DNA from: Squalus acanthias
Taxonomy: Eukaryota
NCBI GenBank assembly: GCA_030390025.1
Contig: CM059432.1
Location: 9,610,001 to 9,674,000 of the forward strand
Direction: 5' to 3'
DNA: 64,000 nt
Numbering within the stretch: position 1 is the stretch's first letter; every line of letters starts with the position of its first letter. A program made the position numbers and the translations under genes. The notes under the pieces are model-generated. The model ran no database searches. It was not told the origin of the DNA and saw nothing but the letters and a program-made list of their open reading frames with translations. Shown here piece by piece: positions 24,973-36,247 of the stretch.

Positions 24973-25649
24973 ACGATAAGAGGGAGAGAATGCTCAGGGG
25001 TAAAGTAAACGGGTGTCCCTTGTGGGGGATGGGGGCATGACACATGTAATGAGTTGAGTCTTCACATTGTAAAGGTGATTCTAATGAGCTTAAACAATAG
25101 GCAGTCTGGATTCAGCAAGATTAGCAGGCATGTTTGTGTTGCTGGAATTTAAACAGGAGAAACATTATAATTACCGGTTCGCAACAAGGTTAATAATCAG
25201 TAATTAAACTATTTCTCCTGTTTAATAATCAGCATCAGCATTAAAATAGAATCACTAACAATGCTCTTAAATCTTAAAGACCTATTATAGAACGTAAATT
25301 AAATTAAATATTCATGCAGCCAGATACAGAAGTTAAACAGTCAAAGGATTACTGTGTTTTTTTTAATAAGCCTACCAACATGGCAATGTAGAGCTAATTC
25401 ATAACTACTGAAATCTGATAACTATAAATCTGCCCCAACTTTGTTGAAAGAATTCCATAGGATCTGTTTAAAACACTTTAATAAAGATTACTTTCGTAGG
25501 CTTTTAAATAATGACCGTATTGGTCGATTCCCCGAAGCAACTCATCACTTCATCTACTCAGTATTCTTTTTCTCCTGTGTTTATACCTTCTCTTTGCTCC
25601 TGAAGGCACTGACTCACACTGGGAAACGGGGGGTGAAATTGGTATTCAG

Positions 25650-26105
25650 CAGTGGCCCTGGCTCAGTTGAAAGCACCCTCGCCTCTGAGTCGGAAGTCTG
25701 TGGGAGCACAAAAATCTAGGCTGACACTCCCAGTGCAGTGCTGAGGGAGCGCCGCACTGTCAGAGGCGCCGTCTTTCGGATGAGACGTTAAACCGAGGTC
25801 CCCATCTGCTCTCTCAGGTGGACGTAAAAGATCCCGCGGCCACTATTTCGAGGAAGAGCAGGGGGAGTTATCCCCGGTGTCCTGGGGCCAATATTTATCC
25901 CTCAACCAACATCACTAAAAAACAGATTATCTGGTCATTATCACATTGCTGTTTGTGGGAGCTTGCTGTGCACAAATTGGCTGCCGCGTTTCCCACATTA
26001 CAACAGTGACTGCACCTCAAAAAAGTACTTCATTGGCTGTAAAGCACTTTGAGACGTCCGGAAGTCATGAAAGGCGCTATATAAATGCAAGTCTTTTTTT
26101 TCTTT
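25650..26105 (+). mobile_element. Deu-domain SINE
   Basis: Head, core and tail present. Confidence 0.88.
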
Positions 26106-26180
26106 CTTTATCCCACGATCCAGGAATTGCCAGCAAGCAGTGTTGCTCAGCGGGAGAACATCTCAGGAAACAAGGCACAA

Positions 26181-26628
26181 TTCGATGATATAATGGCTGA
26201 TCATCCAAACTCAGTACCCTGTACCTGCCTTCTCCCCATATCCCTTGATACCTTTAGCTTTAAGAAATATATCTAACTCATTCATGAATATATTTAATGA
26301 CTTGGCCTCAACTACCTTCTGTGGTAGAGAATTCCACAGGTTCACCACTCTCTGGGTGAAGAAATTCTTCCTCATTTCTGTCCTAAATGGCTTACCCCTT
26401 ATCCTTAGATTATGACCCCTGGTTCTGGACTCTCCGACCATCAGGAACATTCTTCCTGCATCTAGTTTGTCCAGACCTGTCAGAATTTTATATGTTTCGA
26501 TGAGATCCCCTCTCATTCTTCTATACTCCAGCGAGTATAAGCCCAATCGACCCAATCTCTCCTCATATGTCATTCCTGCCATCCCAGGTATCAGCCTTGT
26601 GAATCTTCGCTGAACTCCTTCCATGGCA
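26181..26628 (-). mobile_element. CR1 LINE (HER1-like family) 3' fragment
   Basis: ORF 26211-26732 nearly identical to the 1711-2143 copy. Confidence 0.92.
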
Positions 26629-27148
26629 CTGCACTGGAGTGTCAGCCTAGATTTTCGGTGCAAGTTCCCGGAGTGGGGCTTGAACCCACAATTGCCTGAC
26701 CCAGAGTGAGAGCACTGCACACTGAACCACACTCTGAATGACTGAACTCTTAAAAAACTAATGCTGTGCTTCTGCTAGGTGCCAACTGAGCAGCAAGAGG
26801 AAGTGAGGAGGCTTTCTGTTGCGTTCCTCTATGAACCTCTTGAAGTGGCCCTTTTCTCCTGGAAACCAAGTCCTGTAGGCTACATCTCTTGCGCAGGCGC
26901 ACGGGACTGCTGGTCAGGCATTGGATTGGAGGTGGCTGGGGTCTGCGTTTACATCTAATGAAAATAACAATCGGGAGAGATGTAAAACGGGCTGCCAACT
27001 CGTTATCACGTGTTTTACACTGTCGCACAAAGTCAAGACAAGAATTACATAGAAAATACAGCACAGAAACAGGCCATTCGGCCCAATTAGCCTGTGCTGG
27101 TTTTTATGCTCCACACGAGACTCCTGCCATTCTATTCGCCTCAGCTCA

Positions 27149-27604
27149 GGGCAACACGGTGGCATAGTGGTTAGCACTGGTGCCTCACGGTGGCATAGTG
27201 GTTAGCACTGGTGCCTCACAGTGCCAGGGACCCGGGTTCGAATCTGACCTCGGGTGACTGTCTGTGTGGAGTTTGCACATTCTCCCCGTGTCTGCGTGGG
27301 TTTTCTCCGGGTGCTCCGGTTTCCTCCCACAGTCCAAAAATGTGCGGGTTAGGTTGATTTGGCTATGATAAATTGACCCTTAGTGTTAGGGGGGGGATTA
27401 AATATGTGGGGTTATGGGGATAGGGTGGGATATGTTAGGGGGAATTAAATACATGGGGTTACAGGGGTAGGGTGGGATATGTGTATTGTGGGGATTAAAG
27501 CAGGGACAGGGTACTGGACTTGGATGATCAGCCATGATCGTATTGAATGGTGGAGCAGGCTCGATGGGCCGAATGGCCTACTCCTGCTCCTAGATTCTAT
27601 GTTT
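27149..27604 (+). mobile_element. HE1-like V-SINE
   Basis: tRNA-like head (GTGGCATAGTGG..GGTTCGAAT), V domain TGTGTGGAGTTTGCACATTCTCCCCGTGTCTGCGTGGG..TTTCCTCCCACAGTCCAAA, CR1-type 3' tail. Confidence 0.88.
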
Positions 27605-29374
27605 CAGCCTTTCAGCATATCTCTCTATTCCCTTTTCTCTCATGTACTCGTCCAGTTTCCTTTTGAAACCATCGAAGCTATCTACCCCTTTGGAGTGAAA
27701 AAACACTTCCAGGTGGAGGCTGCAGATGTACAGGGGCATCACACAGTCTCCTGGGCATTGATCATATTCAATTCAAGACAGTTGGACAGAACGTGAGGGA
27801 GGGAGAGACAATTTTCAGTGGTGGGCATGCCTGGTATGGTGCATTCTAGGCAGATGTGACTGGCTCCTCCCACCTTGCCTGCCTGATGGTACTGAGTTGC
27901 TGTGTGTGGTCACGGTCAAGTTGGCACTGGCTGCCCTGGCCATCTTCTACCATCCCTGCTGCGCTGGTAGCCTTGGGGCCCACATTGAGCCGTGCAAATG
28001 ATCCCTCCCACCTCTGCCTAACTTCATGTAAAACCACTTTTACACCTTCAACCGTGGACCGTGGGGCTTTTCTTCTGGTGCTTTTGAAGAGTCAAATTGA
28101 GAAGCAGAAGAGCTAAAATAATCCATGAGAGAAATTTGGCACAATGCCACAGCAGGGTAGATCTTCACTTTGGGTAGACTTCGACCAGCCAGCTGGATGT
28201 GCTCTGGTGCCATCTGCCCAAAGTCCCCTTGCAAAGATGCCCGAGACCACCCCCCCCCCTTGGAGATCCGGGCCTCATTTCCAAAATGGCGGTAAGCTGC
28301 GGGCACCGCTCAGACGCTCACAGCAGCTTGCTGGTCGGAGAGAGAGGGGGGCGAGGGGCAGGAGTTGTGGCCGCGCAGCTGGGCTGGAGACCATCGCGAG
28401 GGGGAGGCTTGGCCGAGACGGACTGGCAAGCATTTTTCAGCTACACAGGAAATGCATTCTTTTGATTGGCGCTTCCTTTTAACATGCGTTTCTGAATTGA
28501 CACGAAATCCCAAAGCTAGAAGTTTTCACAAACGCACTGGCCGCGCTGCTCACATCGTGACCGTGTGAACTCTTACCCTCCTAGTTTTTCTCAGTGCTCA
28601 TTCAAGTTTATTATTAAAAAAAAAAATACTGGCTCTCTTTTGTCTCTCACCAAAGTTCTCCTCCAGATTGCCTTCCCTTCCCGCCCCTCCTCTCCTGCAC
28701 ATGTTGGCTTCTTCCTGGGGTAGCTATGGTTCCACCAGAGCTGTTGCCCTGATATCTCGCCCCTGTGCCCCATTATCCATGTGTGAGGTTCCACCTCGAA
28801 GCCAAATGTTGCTCTCCGATTTGGCACCATTTCTGGGGGGAAGAGAGAGAGAGGGAGAGAGATTGGTCACAGTTGGTGGCCTCTCCTTCCTCGAACCTCC
28901 CAACCCTATGAGGACAAAGCCACGGATCTCCTGCGGGAGGCTGACAGCAGGAGGCAACCGGGAGTGAGTGGCCCACCGTCAGCTGCACATTCATCACGAC
29001 TTTCTGCTGCTCCTCCTTCCCATGCTACGGGACCCCCCCCCCCCTGTCAGAAAGTTATGGCGTAAGCCAGATGAGGAGAAAGATCTGCCAGGACCCTCCT
29101 GCTTCAAGCTCCGTCATGCACTTTCTCACATGCCAAACCTCAGCCCAAGGGGCATTGGAACCATGAGCCTGAGGGGAATACAAAAAGGGTGACACACAGA
29201 GCACGAGTTTTTCTTTCGGTCGATTTATTTGGTGTACGAATGCGGGTGATTGTTTTTAGAACTGAATGATTTTCTAGGCTATTTCAGTGTCGTACTTGGA
29301 GGGGTAGAGCTTCCGCTCTGGGCGCAGTCGGGAAATAGTGCCCAAAATGCGCTTGACATTGCGCTGGTTAGGTT

Positions 29375-29680
29375 AGAATCAGAGAATGGTTACAGCACAG
29401 AAGGAGGCCATTCGGCCCATCGAGCCCGTGCCGGCTCTCTGCAAGAGCACTTCAGCTAGTCCCACTCCCCCGCCCTTTCCCCGTAGCCCTGCAAATGTTT
29501 TTCCTTCAGGCAGTTATCCAACTCCCTTTTGAAAGCCACGATTGAATCTGCCTCCACCACCCTTCCAGGCAGCGCATTCCAGATCATAACCACTCGCTGC
29601 GTAAAAACATTTGTCCCCACGTCGCCTTTGGTTCTTCTGACAGTCACTTTAAATCTGTGTCCTCTGGGTCTGGACCCCTC
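29375..29680 (-). mobile_element. CR1 LINE 3' fragment
   Basis: RGHRFKV..FTQRVVMIWNALP. Confidence 0.85.
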
Positions 29681-29757
29681 AGGATTCTGCAAAAATTCAT
29701 TTGCATCTTCACAAACGTAAAATCTTCCTTGAACCAGCGCAATCGGGCAGCGTAATG

Positions 29758-31816
29758 AACATAAGAACATAAGAACATAAGAAATAGGAGCAGGAGTAGG
29801 CCAATCGGCCCCTCGAGCCTGCTCCGCCATTCAATAAGATCATGGCTGATCTGATCCTAACCGCCAATCTACTATCTATCACAGAACCATCTCCTGCATC
29901 TAACAGAATTGCACACACGAAATAGGAGCAGAATCAGGCTACAAGGTCCCTGGGCCCGCTCCACTACCCACAGGGCCATGACCGATCCGAACCTAGACTC
30001 ATGTCCAAATTCCTGCCCGCTCCCCGTAACCCTTAATGCCCTTTACTTCTAGGAAACTGTCTATTTCTGTTTTAAATTTATTTAATGATGTAGCTTCTAC
30101 AGCTTTTTGTGGCAGCATATTCCATGGACCTACCACCCTCTGAGTGAAGTAGTTCCTCCTCATCTCAGTTTTGAAAGAGCAGCCCCTTATTCTAAGACTA
30201 TGTCCCCTAGTTCTAGTCTCACCCATCATCGGGAACATCCTCCCCGCATCCACCCGATCCAACCCCTTCACAATCTTATATGTTTCAATAAGATCGCCTC
30301 TCATTCTTCTGAACTCCAATGAGTAGAGTCCCAATCTACCCAACCTCTCCTCATATGACCACCCCCTCATCCCCGGGATTAACCGAGTGAACCTTTTTTG
30401 CACTGCCTCGAGAGCAAGGATGTCTTTCCTTAAGTAAGGACACCAAAACTGTATGCAGTATTCCAGGTGCGGTCTCACCAATACCTTGTACAACTGAAGC
30501 AATACCTCCCTATTTTTATATTCTATCCCCCTAGCAATGAAAGCCAACATTCCATTTGCCTTCTTAATCACTTGCTGCACCTGCATACTAACCTTTTGAG
30601 TTTCGTGCACCAGGACCCCCAGATCCCTTTGCACTTCAGTACTCTCCAGTTTCTTGCCATTAAGATAATAAATTGCTCTGCTATTTTTCCTGCCAAAGTG
30701 CATCACCTCACACTTTCCAGTGTTGTATTCCATCTGCCAAATCTCTGCCCACTTACTTAGCCTGTCTATGTCCCCTTGCAGGTTTTTTATGTCCTCCTCA
30801 CTCACTACTTTCCCTCCCATCTTTGTATCATCTGCAAATTTTGATATGTTACACTTGGTCCCTTCCTCTAAATCGTTAATATAGATTGTAAAGAGTTGGG
30901 GACCCAGCACTGACCCCTGTGGAACACCACTAGTTACTGATTGCCAGTCTGAGAATGAACCATTTATCCCAACTCTTTGCTTTCTGTTAGATAGCCAATC
31001 CTCTATCCATGCCAGAATATTACCCCCAATCCCGTGATTTTTTACCTTAAGCAATAATCTTTTGTGTGGCACCTTGTCAAATGCCTTTTGGAAGTCTAAA
31101 TACACTACGTCCACTGGTTCCCCTTTATCCACTCTATATGTTACTTCCTCAAAGAACTCCAGCAAATTTGTCAAACATGACTTCCCCTTCGTAAAACCAT
31201 GCTGACTTTGTCCTATTAAATTATGATTATCCAAACGTCCTGTTACTGTTTCCTTAATAATGGACTCCAAAATTTTACCTACCACAGATGTTAGGCTAAC
31301 CGGTCTATAGTTACCAGCCTTCTGTCTACTGCCCTTTTTAAATAAGGGTGTTACATTAGCAGTTTTCCAGTCTGCCGGGACCTGAGCGGAATCCAGGGAG
31401 TTTTGAAAAATTATTACCAATGCATCTACAATCCCTACCGCCACTTCCTTCAAGACTCTAGGATGTAAGCCATCAGGTCCAGGTGATTTATCCGCCTTGA
31501 GTCCCATTATTTTACCGAGTACCACTTCCTTAGTGATTTTGATCGTGTTTAGCTCCTCTCCCCCTATAGCCCCCTGTTTGTCCAGTGTTGGGATATTCTT
31601 AGTGTCCTCTACTGTAAAGACTGATACAAAATATTCATTCAGTGTTTTTGCCATCTCCATATTTCCCACCATTAATTTCCCGGTCTCATCCTCTAAGGGA
31701 CCAACATTTACTTTAGCCACCCTTTTTCTTTTTATGTAACTATAAAAACTCTTACTATCTGTTTTTATATTTTTTGCTAATTTACTTTCATAATCTATCT
31801 TCCCTTTCTTAATCAA
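29758..31816 (-). mobile_element. 5'-truncated, apparently young CR1 LINE
   Basis: Uninterrupted 605-codon ORF2 fragment, 3' UTR and (CTTATGTT)n tail. Confidence 0.95.
29999..31816 (-). CDS. CR1 ORF2 reverse transcriptase (partial; endonuclease domain missing)
   Basis: KSPGPDGLHPRVLKE, NYRPVSLTS, YLDFQKAFDKVPH, GVPQGSVLGP, KFADDTK. Confidence 0.92.
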   Translation of the reverse strand: MIKKGKIDYESKLAKNIKTDSKSFYSYIKRKRVAKVNVGPLEDETGKLMVGNMEMAKTLNEYFVSVFTVEDTKNIPTLDKQGAIGGEELNTIKITKEVVLGKIMGLKADKSPGPDGLHPRVLKEVAVGIVDALVIIFQNSLDSAQVPADWKTANVTPLFKKGSRQKAGNYRPVSLTSVVGKILESIIKETVTGRLDNHNLIGQSQHGFTKGKSCLTNLLEFFEEVTYRVDKGEPVDVVYLDFQKAFDKVPHKRLLLKVKNHGIGGNILAWIEDWLSNRKQRVGINGSFSDWQSVTSGVPQGSVLGPQLFTIYINDLEEGTKCNISKFADDTKMGGKVVSEEDIKNLQGDIDRLSKWAEIWQMEYNTGKCEVMHFGRKNSRAIYYLNGKKLESTEVQRDLGVLVHETQKVSMQVQQVIKKANGMLAFIARGIEYKNREVLLQLYKVLVRPHLEYCIQFWCPYLRKDILALEAVQKRFTRLIPGMRGWSYEERLGRLGLYSLEFRRMRGDLIETYKIVKGLDRVDAGRMFPMMGETRTRGHSLRIRGCSFKTEMRRNYFTQRVVGPWNMLPQKAVEATSLNKFKTEIDSFLEVKGIKGYGERAGIWT

Positions 31817-31881
31817 TAATGGGACGCAATCGTTCCTTTTTTATTCTTTCTTTCTTCCTGGATGTGTTTAAAAGCGGTGAG

Positions 31882-32071
31882 CAATGTCCCCCGAGGGGAG
31901 CAATGTCCCCCGAGGGGAGCAATGTCCCCCGAGGGCGCGCAGGCCGCGCATCAACCAGGAGGTCCAGTGCAGGCCGCTCACAAGCTGCTGCTGCTGGAAG
32001 ATACCGCACCTGCGTGTCCGCGCAACAAATTTAAAGGGACTGCGCACGAAAAAAAATTAGAGGGAACATTG
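31882..32071. mobile_element. hAT-type MITE with triplicated left end
   Basis: Right end TTAGAGGGAACATTG; left CAATGTCCCCC inside a 19-bp x3 tandem repeat (31879-31935). Confidence 0.55.
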
Positions 32072-33032
32072 GTGGTTACCTGGTGCAGTTTTATTGATAC
32101 AACTGAACATGGATTTATCACCAAAAATTAGCACTTTTAATAACAGTCCACCACCTGTGAGTAACCCGATTTAAAATGATGGAAAATGACTTTAAAAAAA
32201 AACCATACTGAACCGTTTAATAGTTTCATTGGTGTGCACTAGTCAGTTTCTTAGTAAAGGTTCACTAATGTCCGTTAGGGAAGGAAATCTGCCGTCCTTA
32301 CTCAGTCTGGCCTCTATGTGACTCCAGACCCACAGCAATGTGGTTGACTCTTAACTGCCCTCTGAAATGGCCCAGCAAGACACTCAAGGGCAATTAGGGA
32401 TGGGCAATAAATGCCGGCCTTGCCAGCGACGCCCACATCCCGTGAATGAATAAATTTTTTTTTAATACTTATTGATATGAAAAAAACTTTTAAAACGTGC
32501 CGACTGGTGCCTGTGCGCCTCAGACAATGAGCGCAGTTTGAAGAGCCTTCCCGAACCAGCGCTATCGGCGGAATCTCGCAATGTCCACCTGGGGGGGGGG
32601 GGGGGGGGGCGGTGGCGTGACCGGTTCTGTGGGCGGGGCCTGATCCGGGCGAATTGAAGGTTGAACCAGCGGAAAAGGTCGCAGAAAACACGGGCATCAG
32701 TGGTTTTGGGCGTAACCCACTTACGTTTCAAATTCGCTGGTATGGCCAATTCCGCCTGGATTGAGCTGATTTAACAAGCGGAAACGAGCAGATACTTGAA
32801 CCCTGTATTCTGACTATTTGATGGGGGGGTCGCGGGGTGGGCGTCACAACGGAGGCAGATCCCATTCTCACTACGTGTCCACTTTCCAGCAGGCTTCACT
32901 GTTTTGCAGTCAGGCCTGATTTGTCACTTCCTGCTACTTGCCAATTTGAATCGCTAATTTGTCAACAACCAAGGATATATTTCGGTCAAGTTTGATCGGG
33001 TTTCCAAGTGAACTTTAGCTTTAGGTTGTTTC

Positions 33033-34245
33033 AACAGAAAATGCTGGAAATACTCAGCAGGCCAGGCAGCATCTGTGGAGAGAGAAACAGAGTTACCGGC
33101 TGGAATTTTCTGGGGTGGTAGCGGGCGCGATCGGTGGCAGGTCGGGTGGGAAAGTTGTTATTTTTTGACAGTGGGTCGGGAACCCGCCATCATCTCGCTC
33201 CCACGTGCCTTTCCCCCAAGCAAGTCTGTGATCGCACAGCTGACCCGACCGGCAGCAGCGGGCGACCCAATGGAAATCATTATCAGGTAGTTTACAGGCG
33301 TTTAAGAGCACCGATACAGTCATCAATGTACCAGAAAAAGAGGTGAGGGAGGGGACCTGAGTAGGACTGGAACAAAGAATGTTCCACATATCCCACGAAA
33401 AGGCAGGCTCCCTCTGCAACACCCTGGTCCACTCCTCTATCACCCCCAACACCCCTTCCCCTTCGCCCGGCACCTTCACGTGCAAGCGCAGGAGATGCAA
33501 CACCTGCCCTTTAACCTCCTCCCTTCCCACTGTCCAGGGCCCCAAACACTCCTTCCAGGTGAAACAGTGATTTACTTGTACTTCTTGCAATTTAGTATAC
33601 TGTATTCGCTGCTCACGATGTGGTCTCCTCTACTTTGGGGAGGTGACCGCTTTGCAGAACAGCTCCGTTCAGTCCGTAAGGGGGACCCCGAGCTTCCGGT
33701 CGCCTGTCACTTTAATTCTCCACTCCACTCCCACTCTGACCTCTCCGTCCTCGGCCTCTTACACTGTTCCAATGAGGCTCAATGTAAGCTCGAGGAACAG
33801 CACCTCATCTTTCGATTAGGCACTTTACAGCCTTCTGGACTCAACATCGAGTTCAACAATTTCAGACCATAACCTCTGCCCCTATCTTTTAAAAAAAAAA
33901 TTCTCTCTCTCACATGGCAGCTGTCGATCATTCTGCCATTGCCATTCACACGTCATCTAGAGTCATCTTTTGTTCCTTAACTTGTCTCATTACCATCTCC
34001 TTTTGCCTTGCACCATCATCCCTTTTGTCTCTTAATCTCTCCTGCCTTCCATCCTATCACAGACCTTCCCTTTTGTTCTTTCCTCCCCTCCGCCCTTTCC
34101 CTGCCCCTGCACTTGCTTAAAAGCCTGTTCCATCTCCAACTTTTTCCAGTTCTGACGAAGGGTCGCCGACCTGAAACGTTAACTCTGTTTCTCTCTTCAC
34201 AGATGCTGCCTAACCTGCTGAGTATTTCCAGCATTTTCTGTTTTT
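33033..34245 (+). mobile_element. Penelope-like element (family 1), 3' part with inverted terminal copy
   Basis: Decayed GIY-YIG region (CKRRRCNTC..FTCTSCNLVYCIRCSRCGLLY..PVACHFN..KLEEQHLIFRLGTLQPSGLN); 33033-33095 is the inverse of 34180-34242. Confidence 0.88.
34148..34184 (+). ncRNA. Minimal hammerhead ribozyme motif
   Basis: AGTT-CTGACGA-AGGGTC-GCC-GACCT-GAAA-CGT-T-AACT. Confidence 0.65.
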
Positions 34246-34289
34246 AAGCCACTTCTAAAGGTGCACACAAATCAGTCCAAGAGTGCCCC

Positions 34290-34470
34290 AAAAAAGTTAG
34301 CGCCTCCCGCGCCCGAAATTCACTGGTAGTGCCCCAAGGGAGGCAGGGCGCTACTGGAAGTTCTGAATTTTGCGGGAGGCGTTAGTGGCGCCGCGCCCGG
34401 GCACTAATTGCTTTGCACCCTGTTAGCGCCCTCTTTAACGGGAGGTGCAAATCAACCGAATTTTTCCCCC
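34290..34470. mobile_element. Harbinger-type MITE terminal fragment
   Basis: Ends ACCGAATTTTTCCCCC, the same TIR as at 37445-37460. Confidence 0.7.
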
Positions 34471-34471
34471 T

Positions 34472-35435
34472 ATAACTATCAGGAAAGATTGAACAGGCTG
34501 GGGCTCTTTTTTCGAGAAAAGAGAAGACTGGGGGGGTGACCCGATAGAGGTCTTTAAGATTATGGAAGTGTTTGATAGGATAGACATAGAGAAGATGTTT
34601 CCACTTGTGAGGGGGACCAAAACTAGGGGCCACCAATATAAGATAGTCACTAATAAATCCAATAGGGAATTTAGGAGAAACCTCTTCACCCAGAGAGCGG
34701 TGAGAATGTGGAACTCGCTACCACAGGGAGTGGTTGAGGTGAATAGCAGAGATGCATTTATAGAAACATAGAAGATAGGAGCAGGAGTAGGCCATTCGGC
34801 CCCTCGAGCCTGCTCCGCCATTCGATGAGATAATGGCTGATCATCCAAACTCAGTGCCCTGTCCCTGCTTTCTCCCCATATCCCTTGTTACCTTTAGCCT
34901 TAAGAAATATATCTAACTCCTTCTTGAATATATTTACTGACTTGGCCTCAACTGCCTTCTGTGGTAGAGAATTCCACAGGTTCACCACTCTCTGGGTGAA
35001 GAAATTCCTCCTCATCTCAGTCCTAAATGGCTTACCCCTTATCCTTAGACTGTGACCTCTTGTTCTGGACTCACCCGCCATCGGGAACATCCTTCCTGCA
35101 TCCAGTCTGTCTAGCCCTGTTAGAATTTTATAAGTTTCAATGACATCTCCTCTCATTCTTCTAAACTCCAGCGAGTATAAGCCCAATCGACCCAATCTCT
35201 CCTCGTACGTCATTCCTGCCATCCCAGGTATCAGTCTGGTGAATCTTCGCTGCACACCCTCCATGGCAAGAACATCCTTCCTCAGATAAGGGGAAGCTGG
35301 ATAAACGCATGTGGGAGAAAAGAATAGAAGGATAGGCTGATAGAATGAGATGAAGTAGGGGTGGGAGGAGGCTCATGTGGAGCATAAACACCGGCACGGA
35401 CCAGTTGGGCCGAATGGCCTGTTTCTGTGCTGGAC
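34472..35435. mobile_element. CR1 fragment (+) interrupted by a HER1-like CR1 fragment (-, about 34760-35287)
   Basis: ORFs 34562-34771 (+) and 34851-35264 (-); host CR1 resumes at 35288. Confidence 0.85.
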
Positions 35436-36247
35436 AATATATGTAATTCTGTGTAAGAACCATAGAGGTTACGTATCACAAATTACAGTTTCGCTGCAAG
35501 GTGGTAGAAGCTGATTCCATAAATAATTTTGAAAGGGAGTTGGTCAGGTACTTGAGGATGAGGAGCTCAGAGGGTTACGGACAAGAAGCGGGGGGGGGGG
35601 GGGGGTGGGACTGAGCACGACGGCTCCTTCAAAGAGCCAGCACAGGCACGACGGGCCGAATGGCCTCCTTCCGTGCTGTAAGATTGAATGATTCCATGAT
35701 CACAGTGTCTTCTCCGATCCTCCCAGCTGAAGGAAGAATGTGTGTTGGGGGGTGGGGAGGTGGGGAGGTGGGGAGGTGTTGAGCCTGTGATGATTCCATT
35801 ACACTCAGCTTACAGCTTTCCACTGTATTGACAGCAAAGTACTTCCTGATGATAAAGAGCTTTGACATACTTAGAATGTAATATACATTTTGCATGACTC
35901 CATAAAAATGAAAACACATTAAAGAGTGCTTTATAATAGGCACCTTGCTCAATATATTTGTGTATGCTTTGAAAGATAGCAGGCTACAGAGACTGTCGAC
36001 TAATCTTGAAATAAATTGGATTTCTACCCAAATGCAAGGAGTATATAGTGCGCGGTTGTTCTTTATGTAGCAACTGAATTACAAATCTGAAGATCTAACA
36101 ACCATGACATGTTAAACAACGAGAGGAATAAAACACTCAGATGAGCCTTTTAGGATATATCTGCCAGTAGAGCCAATAGTGCCGTCACAAAAATCTCTTA
36201 CATCTGGGTCAGAAGGTCATGGGTTCAAATCCCCCTCTAGAGACTTA

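Noticed and set aside
28130..29050. GC-rich segment possibly a degenerate Harbinger Myb-gene region
   Set aside because: Resemblance too weak and no TIR pair found
29999..31816. Active autonomous LINE
   Set aside because: 5'-truncated: no endonuclease domain, ORF1 or promoter
31879..31935. Short direct repeats as a CRISPR-like array
   Set aside because: Contiguous tandem units with no spacers, in a vertebrate context
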